DNA of 64,000 nucleotides from a bacterium (GTDB lineage: Bacteria; UBA8248). The position numbers and the translations under genes are program-made. The notes beneath the pieces are model-generated. The model saw only the letters and a program-made list of their open reading frames with translations. It ran no database searches and had not been told where the DNA came from. Positions 27,226-38,058 of this stretch are shown here, piece after piece. Each line of letters opens with the position of its first letter. Positions within the stretch are counted from its first letter, which is position 1. The stretch spans positions 2,496,001 through 2,560,000 of the forward strand of contig CBDBEV010000001.1 in NCBI GenBank assembly GCA_965204535.1. Reading direction: 5' to 3'.

Positions 27226-29185
27226 AACTATCGGTTGGCATTTTCCACCAACGAACGGCGGTATGGGCGCAGGTTTTAATGACCCAGGAATAGCTCATTT
27301 CACAGGAGCCCCCTTAGCAAGTCTCGCACGAGAAACAATTCAGAATTCTCTCGATGCACGTCTTGCATCAGGTAACCCGGTGCGCGTGGACTTTGAACTG
27401 ATCAGCCTCAATCCCGAAATCGTTGGCCGGGACGAATTAGCAAATGCGATTACCGCATGCTTGCAAATAGCGAAAGAAAGCAATGATACAATAGCAATAG
27501 CACCTCTGGAAGAAGCGTCGCGTACCATAAACTCAAAAGCAATCCATTGTTTACGAGTGTCTGATCGTAATACGACAGGGCTACTTGGTGACCACTGGCG
27601 CAATCTCGTCAAGATGCAGGGAGTCAGCTACAAACCAGAGTTAGAAGGACAAGGCGCCGGTGGCTCTCATGGCATTGGTAAATACGCGCCATTTGCTGTC
27701 TCGGCGCTGAGGTCCGTGTTTTATTGGACCTATTTTTCTGAGGACGGTAAGAATCAAGAAAGATTCCAAGGAAAATCTGTTCTCATGTCACACTGTGGCG
27801 CGGATGGAGAAGAGACGCAAGGCACGGGCTTCTATGGATTCAAGAAAGATTGTCGAGAGTTAACTGGTCAAGAGTTAACAGAACAAGTCCCAGCCCAATT
27901 TCGCGTTTTTAATCTTGCTCGACTTCCACAACAAGGCACTAGCCTGACAATTTTGGGTTTTCGAGAGACAGACAACTGGAGGAAACGCATAGCGACGAGT
28001 GTGATTGAAAATTTTTTCTTTGCGATTGGAACCGGGAGTTTGACTGTAATTGTGGAACCAGATGATTCGAGTGATCTAATGGAGCTAGAGCGTGACACCA
28101 TTGACAAATGGTTCCAACACTTGATGGATGAAGATCCAGGAGATTCAGAGGCCGCAGCTGACGATCCACTAAGGGATGCCCAAATCTTTTGGGAATTATC
28201 CAAGGGCGAACCTATAGCGGAGAAACAAGATGGCGATCTTGGACATTGCAAGCTTTGGCTCCGCACTGATGTAGGTTTGCCCGGGAAAGTTGCGTTCGTA
28301 CGCGGGACAGGAATGCTGGTGACTACCCGACAAAAGGGCTTGATACACTTTTCTGGGTTTCGGGATTTTGCGGCACTTTGTGTGTTTGAAGACCCGGAAG
28401 GAAATGAACTGTTGCGTCGGATGGAGAATCCGCAACATGATCAGTTTGAGCCTGATCGGCTGCCCAAAGAAAAGCGAGAGCGTGGCCGTAAGGCGCTCAA
28501 ACGTGTAACCGACTGGGTAAGGAGCGAGATAAAGAAACACGCGGGACCGCCAGAGGGTGGAAAAAGGACGGTAATTTCGGAACTCTCACAGTACCTGCCA
28601 GATTACCAACCAGAAGAATCTTTCGATGATTCCAACTCAGACAAGGACGAAGGTAATAGCGAACCAGGATTTGGAGATAAGGTAGCTGTTTCACTCAAAC
28701 CGGTCCGCAGACCCGTGCCGCCTAGATTACCAGAAAATGACGGCTCAAACTCAGAGGGCGACGGCGAAGACCTTGGCAACGAGGGAGGTGCGGGAACTGG
28801 CAATAACGGCGGTGGCGAAGGTGACGGAGGGCAAGGTGAAGGAGGAGGCCAAGGCGGAACAGGAACACGCGGAGGGAGCAGCAATAAGCAAAGTGTTCCT
28901 GTCTCAGCAGTTCGGATACTTCCGATTGCGGAGCGCGAAAATTGTTGCCGTCTTAGTTTCTTGGCTGAAGCTGACGGAATTGTCCGTTTGAATCTCGCCG
29001 AGGCCGGCGATTCATCTTCCATACCACGGAATGACGTTCGCGCTATCAGCAGCAAAATCTCGCTTGATCGGATGCGCGTAAAAAACGGCCAGCGAATCGA
29101 AGTTGAAATCACTGCTGACGAACCGATTGACGGCAGAGCTTGGCGCTTATCTGCTACTCCAGTGCAGGAGAGGAATGAATCATGA
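27218..29185 (+). CDS. GHKL/MORC-like ATPase domain protein
   Basis: N-box RETIQNSLDA, G1-like SDRNTTGL, G2 GGSHGIGK; acidic/Gly-rich linker before a small C-terminal domain; overlaps dcm by 8 bp. Confidence 0.7.
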   Translation: MNETIGWHFPPTNGGMGAGFNDPGIAHFTGAPLASLARETIQNSLDARLASGNPVRVDFELISLNPEIVGRDELANAITACLQIAKESNDTIAIAPLEEASRTINSKAIHCLRVSDRNTTGLLGDHWRNLVKMQGVSYKPELEGQGAGGSHGIGKYAPFAVSALRSVFYWTYFSEDGKNQERFQGKSVLMSHCGADGEETQGTGFYGFKKDCRELTGQELTEQVPAQFRVFNLARLPQQGTSLTILGFRETDNWRKRIATSVIENFFFAIGTGSLTVIVEPDDSSDLMELERDTIDKWFQHLMDEDPGDSEAAADDPLRDAQIFWELSKGEPIAEKQDGDLGHCKLWLRTDVGLPGKVAFVRGTGMLVTTRQKGLIHFSGFRDFAALCVFEDPEGNELLRRMENPQHDQFEPDRLPKEKRERGRKALKRVTDWVRSEIKKHAGPPEGGKRTVISELSQYLPDYQPEESFDDSNSDKDEGNSEPGFGDKVAVSLKPVRRPVPPRLPENDGSNSEGDGEDLGNEGGAGTGNNGGGEGDGGQGEGGGQGGTGTRGGSSNKQSVPVSAVRILPIAERENCCRLSFLAEADGIVRLNLAEAGDSSSIPRNDVRAISSKISLDRMRVKNGQRIEVEITADEPIDGRAWRLSATPVQERNES

Positions 29186-30048
29186 AGTTCGACCCCGGCA
29201 AAGCTTGGCCGCATCCAGTATTGCGGCCTCCCAGCTACGGCGACGACTACCCGCGCGCGGAGTTTGAAGTCGAAATTGAAGTTAAGCGCACCATTCAGAG
29301 TACAGCTATAGAAGTAGATGCTTACTTCGAACTCAGCGAACCGAGCCTCCTTGAACTCTTGAAGCAGAACAAGGCGCAGTTTGCGTTATTGATTTGTTCT
29401 TCGCAGACGCGCTGTAGGGAGTTGCTTAAGTCTAGTCGACCTAACATCAAACATTCGTTCCCTGCCGGCTCCCTATCCGGCAGGGTGGAATTCGCTCCAT
29501 TCTTGGTTTGTATCGAAGCTCTGACAGATTTCCAAGCGGGAGGATGGCATTCTGATTTTGCTGGACGAAAATTTGATATTGAGCCAGGTGCTGTGCTTGC
29601 TGAAGACGTTCCTAAAGACTACTGGATCGATACAGCGGATGAAGCGCCGCTTGGCTCGATTTTTGGACACAGGTCGAACTCCAATATCGCAGACGGTCGT
29701 TGGGAATATCAACTGGCAGAAGATCGTATTTATATTGTGATGTCAGATACAGATTCCCGGCAATATGGAATAGCGCGGGAACAGGTCGGTAATCAACCTG
29801 AAGGGCAATACCTTATGAATGGCCTCTATTTACCCGCATTGATAGCCGTATTAAATGAAGTCGACCAAGACCCCGATGACTACAGAGATTATCGGTGGTT
29901 TGCTTCACTAGATCAGCGCCTTGAAGCTGTGGAATGTCCACCTCTTGGGGAAAATAGCTCAAACCGTTCAATAGACGCCCAAAAGATACTGGATTCGCCC
30001 TTTTTGAGGATGCCGCTGATTGCGCGTGCCGGGATGGACGATTCGTGA
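29182..30048 (+). CDS. Hypothetical protein, coupled to the GHKL gene
   Basis: 288-aa ORF with ATGA overlap and AGGA RBS; no catalytic motif recognised. Confidence 0.8.
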   Translation: MKFDPGKAWPHPVLRPPSYGDDYPRAEFEVEIEVKRTIQSTAIEVDAYFELSEPSLLELLKQNKAQFALLICSSQTRCRELLKSSRPNIKHSFPAGSLSGRVEFAPFLVCIEALTDFQAGGWHSDFAGRKFDIEPGAVLAEDVPKDYWIDTADEAPLGSIFGHRSNSNIADGRWEYQLAEDRIYIVMSDTDSRQYGIAREQVGNQPEGQYLMNGLYLPALIAVLNEVDQDPDDYRDYRWFASLDQRLEAVECPPLGENSSNRSIDAQKILDSPFLRMPLIARAGMDDS

Positions 30049-30806
30049 TGAGGCTCCGTTATTGTACGGTCGATACACTCGAAACTCTTAGACGCACCGT
30101 CTCAGATCGTCTTGATTGGTATTACGCACCGGTCAACTCCATTCATCCAGCCTCATTTGGCGGTTTTAGAGAATCAACAATTGAAGTGCCGGAGCTTGCC
30201 GATAAACTTACTGTTGATGGTCAATCCCCTTCAGCAACTGATGCTTCCAACGCGCTGGTTGTCTACAACGCATTACGAGATTTGTCTCCGCATCAGGCGT
30301 CTATTGAACGGATGTGGGTTTATCTGTGCCATTTCGACTGTCCGCAATATGTTGCTGCACGGTGGCTTAAACAGCGCCCAGACGACAATGAGCAGGCGAC
30401 CCGCGAAATTCTAAACCACTTCTTCGCAAAGGGAAACAGGGGAATAATTCGAGATAATGGAGTTTCACGGTTATGGTGGCTAGGGAAGATAGCCTACGAC
30501 GTTGACCCCGAGCATCCGGGCGAATTCCTGACCATACTTCTGCATAGACAGGATGTTCGTTCTGCTCTGATTGAACGCCCCTCGGTGTCGATGAACCAAA
30601 AGCTTCTGCGCGCGATATATACGGTGATGCGAGAACACTGGGCGAATGGCGGAAAGTTGTTTGAGCGTGAAGCTTTTCGAAACTGGATGATCGCACTGAA
30701 CCGCAGAGGTGGCGTCGTGCTATTAGATGCCTTACCAGATAACGCCCTCGACCGATTGCTGCGTGAGGAGGCCGAACACGCCGTTAATGAGGTCGAAGCA
30801 AAGTAA
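30045..30806 (+). CDS. DUF6339-like protein
   Basis: ERMWVYLCH and RDNGVSRLWW motifs, recalled as typical of DUF6339 (not verified); GTGA overlap. Confidence 0.6.
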   Translation: MMRLRYCTVDTLETLRRTVSDRLDWYYAPVNSIHPASFGGFRESTIEVPELADKLTVDGQSPSATDASNALVVYNALRDLSPHQASIERMWVYLCHFDCPQYVAARWLKQRPDDNEQATREILNHFFAKGNRGIIRDNGVSRLWWLGKIAYDVDPEHPGEFLTILLHRQDVRSALIERPSVSMNQKLLRAIYTVMREHWANGGKLFEREAFRNWMIALNRRGGVVLLDALPDNALDRLLREEAEHAVNEVEAK

Positions 30807-30812
30807 CTTAAA

Positions 30813-31262
30813 ATGACAGACAATCTAAGTCCGGAAGATCGGTCTTGGTGCATGTCTCAGATTCGTTCACAGGACATGAAACCCGAACGGATAGTCCGTT
30901 CAATGGTTCACCGCCTCGGATACCGTTTTCGGCTTCATCGACGTGGCATGCCCGGCAGACCCGACTTGGTTCTTCCCCGCCACCGTGCGGTGATCTTCGT
31001 CAACGGTTGCTTCTGGCATTGGCACCCGGACCCGAATTGCCCGATTGCGGGGCTGCCTAAGTCTAATCTTGCTTATTGGAAGCCAAAGCTGGAGCGAACC
31101 CGGATTCGAGATCGAGAAAACACTGCTTCTCTGGAAGCCGACGGTTGGAGGGTCTTGACCGTGTGGGAGTGCCATCTACGGCGCCCCGACGATGTTCTGT
31201 CCACGATACGTGAATTTCTCGAAAGCGAAAAGGACAATTTGCCGAACGAGAGAGCCATCTAA
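30813..31262 (+). CDS. vsr: Very short patch repair endonuclease
   Basis: RSWCMSQIRSQDMKPE, PGRPDLV, FVNGCFWH and GWRVLTVWEC motifs. Confidence 0.94.
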   Translation: MTDNLSPEDRSWCMSQIRSQDMKPERIVRSMVHRLGYRFRLHRRGMPGRPDLVLPRHRAVIFVNGCFWHWHPDPNCPIAGLPKSNLAYWKPKLERTRIRDRENTASLEADGWRVLTVWECHLRRPDDVLSTIREFLESEKDNLPNERAI

Positions 31263-31394
31263 AAGTTCTACTGTCTCTTGATACAGCCGCGTACCCCCCC
31301 CCGATTTCGTGGACAAACGACGCCCGAGCATGTAGATTGACGGCTCATTCATCGACTTATCATTTCGCGGTTCTCTTCTCATCAGGAGCAAGCC

Positions 31395-33695
31395 ATGGCG
31401 GAAGCCAAAGACATGGGCGGCGCCGTAGTCGGGGAATCCCTTCCCTTCCTGGACGACCCCGAAAAGGCGGCGGGCACAGCGGATTATCTCGACGACCTCC
31501 AGCTTCCGGGGATGCTGGTCGGCAAGGCGCTTCGCAGCGAACACGCGCACGCCGAGATAGTATCGGTCGACGCGAGCGAGGCGCTGCGCGTCCCCGGCGT
31601 CGTCGCCGTTCTCACGGGAGACGACCTGGCCGAGCATCCCTGCATCACCGCCCATAATCGCGCCATGCCCGTCATCGCCCATGACAGGGTGCGCTACACG
31701 GGCGAGGTGGTCGCCCTCGTCGCGGCGGAAACGCTAGAGGCGGCCGAGGCGGCGACGCGGCTGATACAGGTCGAATACCGCCCCCTGCCCGTCGTCTCCT
31801 GTCCGCGCGAGGCGATGGAAGAGGGCGCGGAAATCATCTTCCCCGGCGGCAACGTGCTCAACCAGGCGAAGATACGGAAAGGGGATATCGAGGAGGGCTT
31901 CGGGAAGGCCGACGTGATCGTCGAGAACGAATACTCCACGCCCGCCGTTGATCACCTCTATCTCGAAGTGGAGGCGGCCTGCGCGAGCCCGAACCCCGGC
32001 GGCGGCATCCAGGTATGGGGCTCGACCCAGCAGCCCTTCCTGGTGCGGCAGAACGTCGCCCGCATACTGGGGCTACGGGGCGAGAGCTCGGTCCGTTTCG
32101 TCCAGACGACCACCGGCGGGGCTTTCGGCGGAAAGAGCGAGGCGAGCCTCGACGTGTGCCTGCGCGCCGCCGTCCTCGCCCGCGCCGCCGGCAGGCCGGT
32201 GAAGCTCGTTTATTCGCGCGAGGAGAGCATGATCGCCTCCACCAAGCGCCACGCGGCGTTCATCCGCTCCAGAACCGGGGCGACGAAGGACGGACGCCTG
32301 GTGGCCGTCGAGGTGGAGGTCTGGCTCGACAAGGGGGCGTACGTGGCCAACGGGGGGGACAACCCGCCCGCGTTCAAGCGCGCGACCTACCATGCCGCGG
32401 GCCCCTACCAGGCGCCCAACGTGAAGGTGGACGTCCACTGCGTGCACACGAACCACCCCTACGGGGGCCAGATGCGCGGTCCGGGATGTCCCCAGGTGCA
32501 CTTCGCGGGCGAGCAGCAGATGGACGCGCTCGCCAGGGCGCTTGAGATGGACCCCATCGAGATCAGGCGCGTCAACGGGCTTCGGGTCGGAACACGGACG
32601 GCCTGGAACCAGCACCTGCCGGAGAGCGTCGGTTTTCTCGATACGCTGAGCGAGGTGGAGCGGGCCTCTTCCTGGGGGCGGAACGGCGAGGGAAACGGAA
32701 GAGCCGCAGACGGCCGCTTGCGCGGGCGCGGCGTGGCGAGTTGCCTCTACGGGACGGGCAACGCGTATTCCCCGGCGGAGGCGCACGTCTTCCTGACAGC
32801 CGACGGCAAGGTGCAGGTGGCCGCAGGCGTCGTGGATTTCGGCCAGGGGAGCAAGACGGTGCTTTGCCAGATCGCCGCCGAGACGCTGGACATCCCGTAT
32901 CCTGAGTTCCTGATGGATAGCGTGGACACCGCCATCGACCCCTTCGGCGGCACGAGTTCGAGTTCGCGCATCACCATGCAGGGCGGCAAGGCGGTCTACA
33001 ACGCCGCTCTCAAGGCGCGGGAGGAGTTGTTGCGCCTGGGAGGCATTCTGCTGGAGGCGGACCCCCAGGACCTGGAGCTTCGCGGCGGCGTGGTCCGCTC
33101 GCGCTCGCATGAGGAAACCCGAGTCACGCTCGCCGAGATCGCGGGCGCCTTCGTCGCCGATGAACTCAAGCAGATCGGCGCCGCGGACAGCATCCCGCCG
33201 CCCGCCAAAACCGACAAGGAGACCGGCCAGGGCGAGCCGTATGAGATCTACGGCTTCGGCAGCCAGGTGGCCGAGGTGCTCGTGGACGAGGAGACGGGCG
33301 AGGTGGAGGTCACCGGCGTCTGGGCCGCCCACGACGTGGGCCGGGCCATCAGCCCCATGGGTGTGGAGCAGCAGATCGAGGGCGGCGTCTACATGGGTAT
33401 CGGATTCTGCATGATGGAGGAAGTCGTTCAGCGCGAGGGCCTGATGCAGAACCCCGACATGCACGGCTACCTCGCTCCCACGGTCGAAGACGTGCCGGAC
33501 CGGGTGGCGTCCCTCATCGTGGAGGATGCCTACTCGAACGGCCCGTACGGGGCGAAGGGGGTCGGAGAGCAGGTGACCGTGCCCACGGCGGCGGCCATCG
33601 CCAACGCGATCTACGACGCCACGGGCGTGCGGTTCCACGACCTGCCCCTGACGCCGGACAGGGTCGCGATGGCGCTCCTGAAGGCGAGGTCGTGA
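31395..33695 (+). CDS. Xanthine dehydrogenase-family molybdopterin-binding subunit
   Basis: GGAFGGK, MRGPG, FGQGSKT, QQIEGG and GAKGVGE motifs. Confidence 0.92.
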   Translation: MAEAKDMGGAVVGESLPFLDDPEKAAGTADYLDDLQLPGMLVGKALRSEHAHAEIVSVDASEALRVPGVVAVLTGDDLAEHPCITAHNRAMPVIAHDRVRYTGEVVALVAAETLEAAEAATRLIQVEYRPLPVVSCPREAMEEGAEIIFPGGNVLNQAKIRKGDIEEGFGKADVIVENEYSTPAVDHLYLEVEAACASPNPGGGIQVWGSTQQPFLVRQNVARILGLRGESSVRFVQTTTGGAFGGKSEASLDVCLRAAVLARAAGRPVKLVYSREESMIASTKRHAAFIRSRTGATKDGRLVAVEVEVWLDKGAYVANGGDNPPAFKRATYHAAGPYQAPNVKVDVHCVHTNHPYGGQMRGPGCPQVHFAGEQQMDALARALEMDPIEIRRVNGLRVGTRTAWNQHLPESVGFLDTLSEVERASSWGRNGEGNGRAADGRLRGRGVASCLYGTGNAYSPAEAHVFLTADGKVQVAAGVVDFGQGSKTVLCQIAAETLDIPYPEFLMDSVDTAIDPFGGTSSSSRITMQGGKAVYNAALKAREELLRLGGILLEADPQDLELRGGVVRSRSHEETRVTLAEIAGAFVADELKQIGAADSIPPPAKTDKETGQGEPYEIYGFGSQVAEVLVDEETGEVEVTGVWAAHDVGRAISPMGVEQQIEGGVYMGIGFCMMEEVVQREGLMQNPDMHGYLAPTVEDVPDRVASLIVEDAYSNGPYGAKGVGEQVTVPTAAAIANAIYDATGVRFHDLPLTPDRVAMALLKARS

Positions 33696-33791
33696 TTCCG
33701 GAACGCGTTGGTCCGTAGGGGTGGTCGAACTTCCCCGAGGAGGGGGAGTTCGACTGTGCCCGCCGGATTCAAGTAGTTCGTCAATCCGGTT

Positions 33792-33819
33792 GCAGGGGTC
33801 GTTCGCGAACGACCCCTAC
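33792..33819. repeat. GTAG-type REP palindrome
   Basis: GCAGGGGTCGTTCGCGAACGACCCCTAC. Confidence 0.55.
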
Positions 33820-33848
33820 GGAAACTCGCGGTTCTCGCCCTGAAAACC

Positions 33849-33989
33849 AACCCCCCCTACCCCCCCTTGTCAGGGGGGCAAAAAAAGAGAACCCCACTGA
33901 CAAGGGGGCAAGAAAAAACAAAAGCCCCTTTACTGTCGGCGGGTGTTGCCTTTTCATACCCCCCTGACAAGGGGGGGTAGGGGGGGGTT
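33849..33989. repeat. Palindromic MITE-like repeat
   Basis: ~30-bp near-perfect inverted ends AACCCCCCCTACCCCCCCTTGTCAGGGGGG / CCCCCCTGACAAGGGGGGGTAGGGGGGGGTT; same CCCCCCTTGTCAGGGG motif at 16012-16027. Confidence 0.65.
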
Positions 33990-34051
33990 GCCTTTATTTC
34001 CTGAGGAGAGGGACTTTTTCAACAGCCTCGACAAGGGGATTGGGGGGTTCC

Positions 34052-34133
34052 GTAGGTCGGACATATATGTCCGACATACATGCGGCCCTTGTAGTGGGCG
34101 AAAAAATCAGGGTCGCATATATGCGACCCCTAC
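34052..34133. repeat. GTAG-type REP doublet (REPIN-like), copy 2
   Basis: ~60 nt nearly identical to 16095-16155. Confidence 0.7.
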
Positions 34134-34173
34134 AGTCCCTTCACGTCGCGCGGGCGAGACGAGCGCGCCCCCG

Positions 34174-36452
34174 TCAATCCTTCCGGTCGAGGGCCATCAG
34201 CAGGGTCGGCAGAAGCAGGAAATCGGCGAGCAGCGCGAAGGAGATCGTGATCGCCACCATCAGGCCGAGCGCCCAACTGACCTCGAACCCCGATGAGGCG
34301 AACACCAGAAAACCGAGTGACAAGACAGCGGTCGTGGTCCACAGCGCGTGGCCCACGGTGCGGAATACGGCGCGTACGGACTCGGTCGCGGAGAGGCCCT
34401 CGCGGCGGAATCTCAGATACTTGCTGAGGAAGTGGATCGTGTCGTCCACGATGATCCCGAACGCGATGGCGGTCATCACGGAGCCGGCGAGACCCAGGCG
34501 GCCGACGAGATGGCCCCAGAGGCCGAAGGTCATGGCGGCGGGAATGAAGTTCGGCACGAGGCTGATGAGGCCGATGCGCACGTTCTTGAAGACCAGGATC
34601 AGAATGAGCGAAATGAGCGCCATGGCGATGATCGTGCCGCGCAGCATGCTGTGGATGTTGCGCAGCGTGAGGTGGGCGAAGACCATGGTGATGCCCGACG
34701 CCTCGGCCGCGAACTCGGGTATGTTGGCGCGGAGCCAGGCTTGCGCGTGTTCGCGAAATCGCGCTGGTCCTTGGAGGATAGGCTGCGGATCACGACGGTC
34801 ATGCGCGTCGTGGATTTGGCGACGTCGATGCGGTTGTTCAGGTCCATGCCGAAGGGGAGCGAAAACTCGTAGAGCAGCAGATATTGCGCGGCGAGCCTGG
34901 GGTCGTCGGGGATTTTGTAAAAGGCCGGGTCGTCGCCGTGCATGTTCTTGTTCAGGCGCTTCATGACGTCCGGGAAGGCCCGCACGTGGCTCACCTTGGG
35001 CTGCTTCCGGCACCATTCGGCGAAGGCTTCGACTTTGCGCAGATACGCGGGGTCGGTGATGCCCCCTTCGCGCCCCGATTTGAGCGAGTATTCCAGCGAA
35101 TCCAGGCCGGTCAGGTTCTCGAACACGAAATCCGTATCGCGGCGGAACTCGTAGCGCTCGTCGAAGTAGTGCGCCCACCGCTCGGTGAGCTCGTTGCGGG
35201 GAATGCCGCTGATGAGAATGAGCGTCAAAACCGCGACGAACGAGAGCAGGTATACGCGGCGTTCGACGACGAAGGCGCCGAGACGATCGAAAACGGAGGA
35301 TTTCTCGGGCGGAATCCGGCGCGCGCGCAGTGGGAGGATCGAAAGCAGCGCCGGCAGCAGCGTCATGGCGTAGACGAAAGAAAACAGCACGCCCAGCGCC
35401 ACGAGATTGCCCAGGACGTGGAAGGGCGGCGAATCGGACGTGTTCAGGCTCAGGAAGCCGATGGCGGTTGTGAGCGAGGTCAGGAACACCGGCCAGGCGT
35501 TGTTCCGAAGCGATTCGGCGATCGACGCGTTCTTGTCGAGCCCGCGCCCCATGCCCAGCAGGGTGGCCGTGACGATGTGGACCGAGTTCGCGACGGAGAT
35601 CGCCATGATGATGATCGGCACGCCGGAATTGGTGGGGCTGAACACCGCCCCGATCCAGCCTGCGATCCCCAGCGTGTTCATCAGGATGAATACGATGGAG
35701 ACGACGATGGCCAGCGTGCCCAGCACCGAGCGCAAAAGGAGCGCGGTCGTGATGATGATCATGAGAAAGACGAGCGGCATGAGCGTTTCCAGCTCTTCTT
35801 TCGTCACGTCGGCGAAGGCGCGGTGCATGATGACGTCGCCGGTCAGGTAAAAGGAGATGTCCGGGTATTTCGCGCGGGCCTTCTGGAGAACGCCGTTCAG
35901 ATAATCGCTTATCTCGATCACCGCGGCGTCGAGGTCGTCAGGAAGGATGAAAGTGATCGCCAGCCCGCCCACGCGCCCGTCCTTCGAGACGAGGCGTCCG
36001 GCGATTTCCTTGGCGCCCAGCGCGATTTTCCGGATTCGCGCGACCTCCGCTTCGCTCAGCGCGCTCGCGTCGTCGACGAGCGGCTCGACGAGCAGGTCGT
36101 CCCCCTCCGCGCGGCTGTGGTTGTAGTTGGTGAGGGAGTCGACGCGGCTCGAATGAGGCGCCTTCCACCCGGCTTCGGTCAACTCCTCGAGCGCGCCGAG
36201 CGCTTCCCTGGTGAACACCGAACCGCTCTTGGGCGCGACGGCGATGAGCGCGGTGTCGGACGTGGAGAAGGTTTTCTCCAGCACCCGGAAGGCGGCGAGC
36301 TGGGGGTTGTCTTCGCCGAACATGATGCGGTAGTCGTTCGTGGTCTTGATGAAGCGCCCGCCCGCTCCCGTGATGAGCAGGATCACGACGGCCAGCGCGA
36401 CGACCAGCCACCGCCGGCGCAGAACGGCGTCGATATAGCGATCCAGTTGCAC
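34174..36452 (-). pseudogene. MMPL/RND-family exporter, frameshifted copy
   Basis: Split over two frames; alignment with the paralog at 38059-40347 shows a 1-nt deletion near 34753; GIIVDDTIHF motif in the second part. Confidence 0.8.
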
Positions 36453-36528
36453 GGGGGTTATCGTTTCCTCGTCACGGCCGGGCGCGTAGCGGGCTGGTTT
36501 TTCTGTGTGCGCCGAATCACCGGGTCTC

Positions 36529-37692
36529 TTACCATTTGCTTGATTCCGACGCTTTGACGCGGTCGGGCATCCGGTAGCTGATTCCACCCTCGTCGTACAC
36601 GGAAATCTGCAAAAGCTGCGAAAAATTTTGGGATTTGACGAGCTGTTTGCTGTTCAAGAATCGCAGGACGCGTTGTTTTATCCGGAAACTGTAGAGCGTA
36701 ATCATCGTGTTGAGGCGGGAGTGCTTCGGATACCCGAACTGCTCCGCGAGTTCCTGGCCTATCAGCGCTCTCGAAAGGCGGTAGGCCAGATCCGTCAAAT
36801 CTTCTTGCTCCTTCGGGTCCGTCACGCCGGCGACCGGCGCGATGGCCTTGATCAGCGCGTTCGACATGGCCACCGAATCTTCGCCGGGCGGCGGTTCGCA
36901 CATGTAGGCGATGTTGTGTTTTCTTTCTGCATCCGCGCCGTCGGTGTAGAGGATGGTCTCGGGTATCCCCATGAGGTAGCCCGCGTAGCGCCAGACGGCG
37001 AGAACGCTCTCTTGTTCCTCGATGCTGAAGCTCGTCCCGACGAGTTTCGAGTATCTGAGCAGTTGCATCGAGAAGATAGCGATGGCCAGGCCTAAGTTCG
37101 CCGCGCTCAGCGGCGCGCCCCAGGTTGCCTGGTCCCAGTCGCCTGATTGCGTCAGCAGTTGCCTGATGCGCGCGTGCACGAAACGGACGCGCATGGATAG
37201 TTTCCAGCCGTCCCCATCTCTCCTAAGGCCGCCGGGGTAGAATATCTCCATCAGCTGGCGGTTATTCTGCATGAGGCGCCTGGGAGTCGCCGCCACCCGC
37301 CCGGTCGTGTTGAAGGACTTGGCGATGAGCGTCGAGAAACCCTCCACCAGCACCCCCGTCACGAATGCGACGAGCATGAGGTCGACGTTTACGTTGAAAC
37401 AGCGGGTCCCCGGCTTGAAGGCTTCGTAATCGAGCCAGGAAGGCTCTTCGAAATTCCAGAAGAAATCGCGCAGGGGTTGCGGCGCTTCCTGCAGAACACT
37501 GTCATGCCCTTCGATGCCGGCCTCGATGAACGCGTGCAGGTCATAGACCGGGATGGAGGATATCTCCTCCATGATCGGGTCGAGAACGGGGTCGCCGATG
37601 GTGGCGTGCCGGATGTAGATATCCGCCAGTTCCTGGTCGTGGAGACGGGCCTTGTTCTCATAGCCTTCAACGTATGCGGATGGTATTTCCAT
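36529..37692 (-). CDS. MpaB/Lcp-like (DUF2236) heme oxygenase family protein
   Basis: GDPVLD, RVRFVHARIR, WGAPLS and WRYAGYLMG motifs. Confidence 0.82.
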   Translation of the reverse strand: MEIPSAYVEGYENKARLHDQELADIYIRHATIGDPVLDPIMEEISSIPVYDLHAFIEAGIEGHDSVLQEAPQPLRDFFWNFEEPSWLDYEAFKPGTRCFNVNVDLMLVAFVTGVLVEGFSTLIAKSFNTTGRVAATPRRLMQNNRQLMEIFYPGGLRRDGDGWKLSMRVRFVHARIRQLLTQSGDWDQATWGAPLSAANLGLAIAIFSMQLLRYSKLVGTSFSIEEQESVLAVWRYAGYLMGIPETILYTDGADAERKHNIAYMCEPPPGEDSVAMSNALIKAIAPVAGVTDPKEQEDLTDLAYRLSRALIGQELAEQFGYPKHSRLNTMITLYSFRIKQRVLRFLNSKQLVKSQNFSQLLQISVYDEGGISYRMPDRVKASESSKW

Positions 37693-38058
37693 CGCCGCAA
37701 GGTCTCCTCGAAAGTTCATTCAGCGTTTTCACAAATCTCCGGTGAGACGAAAAATGATCCCAACCCATAGAAACCATGCCTGTCTACTTATTGGGTCCCG
37801 CCGACACGGCGATAAGTAAACTTTCGAAAAACCGTTAAGACACCCCTTTGAATCCTCACCCTCAACTATTTGTTTCAGTTTCCTTTATGGTTTCTTCATA
37901 ACTTCTTGAATATACTGTTAAATCCATCCACCGCGCAAGAGACATTTCAGCCGATTCAGGGTGCGGCTTCTGAGCCTTTATTTATTCCAAATCCCCAAGA
38001 CGAGGATTCACCGGCGTTCTTGAGCCCTTTATCTCTCGGGTGAGATGAACGCACGGCG

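Noticed and set aside
28740-28880. G-rich low-complexity tract as a repeat element
   Set aside because: Encodes the Gly/Glu-rich linker of the GHKL protein in frame.
33715-34140. CRISPR array
   Set aside because: Repeats are palindromic REP/MITE units of unequal sequence and spacing, with no repeat-spacer periodicity and no cas genes in the window.
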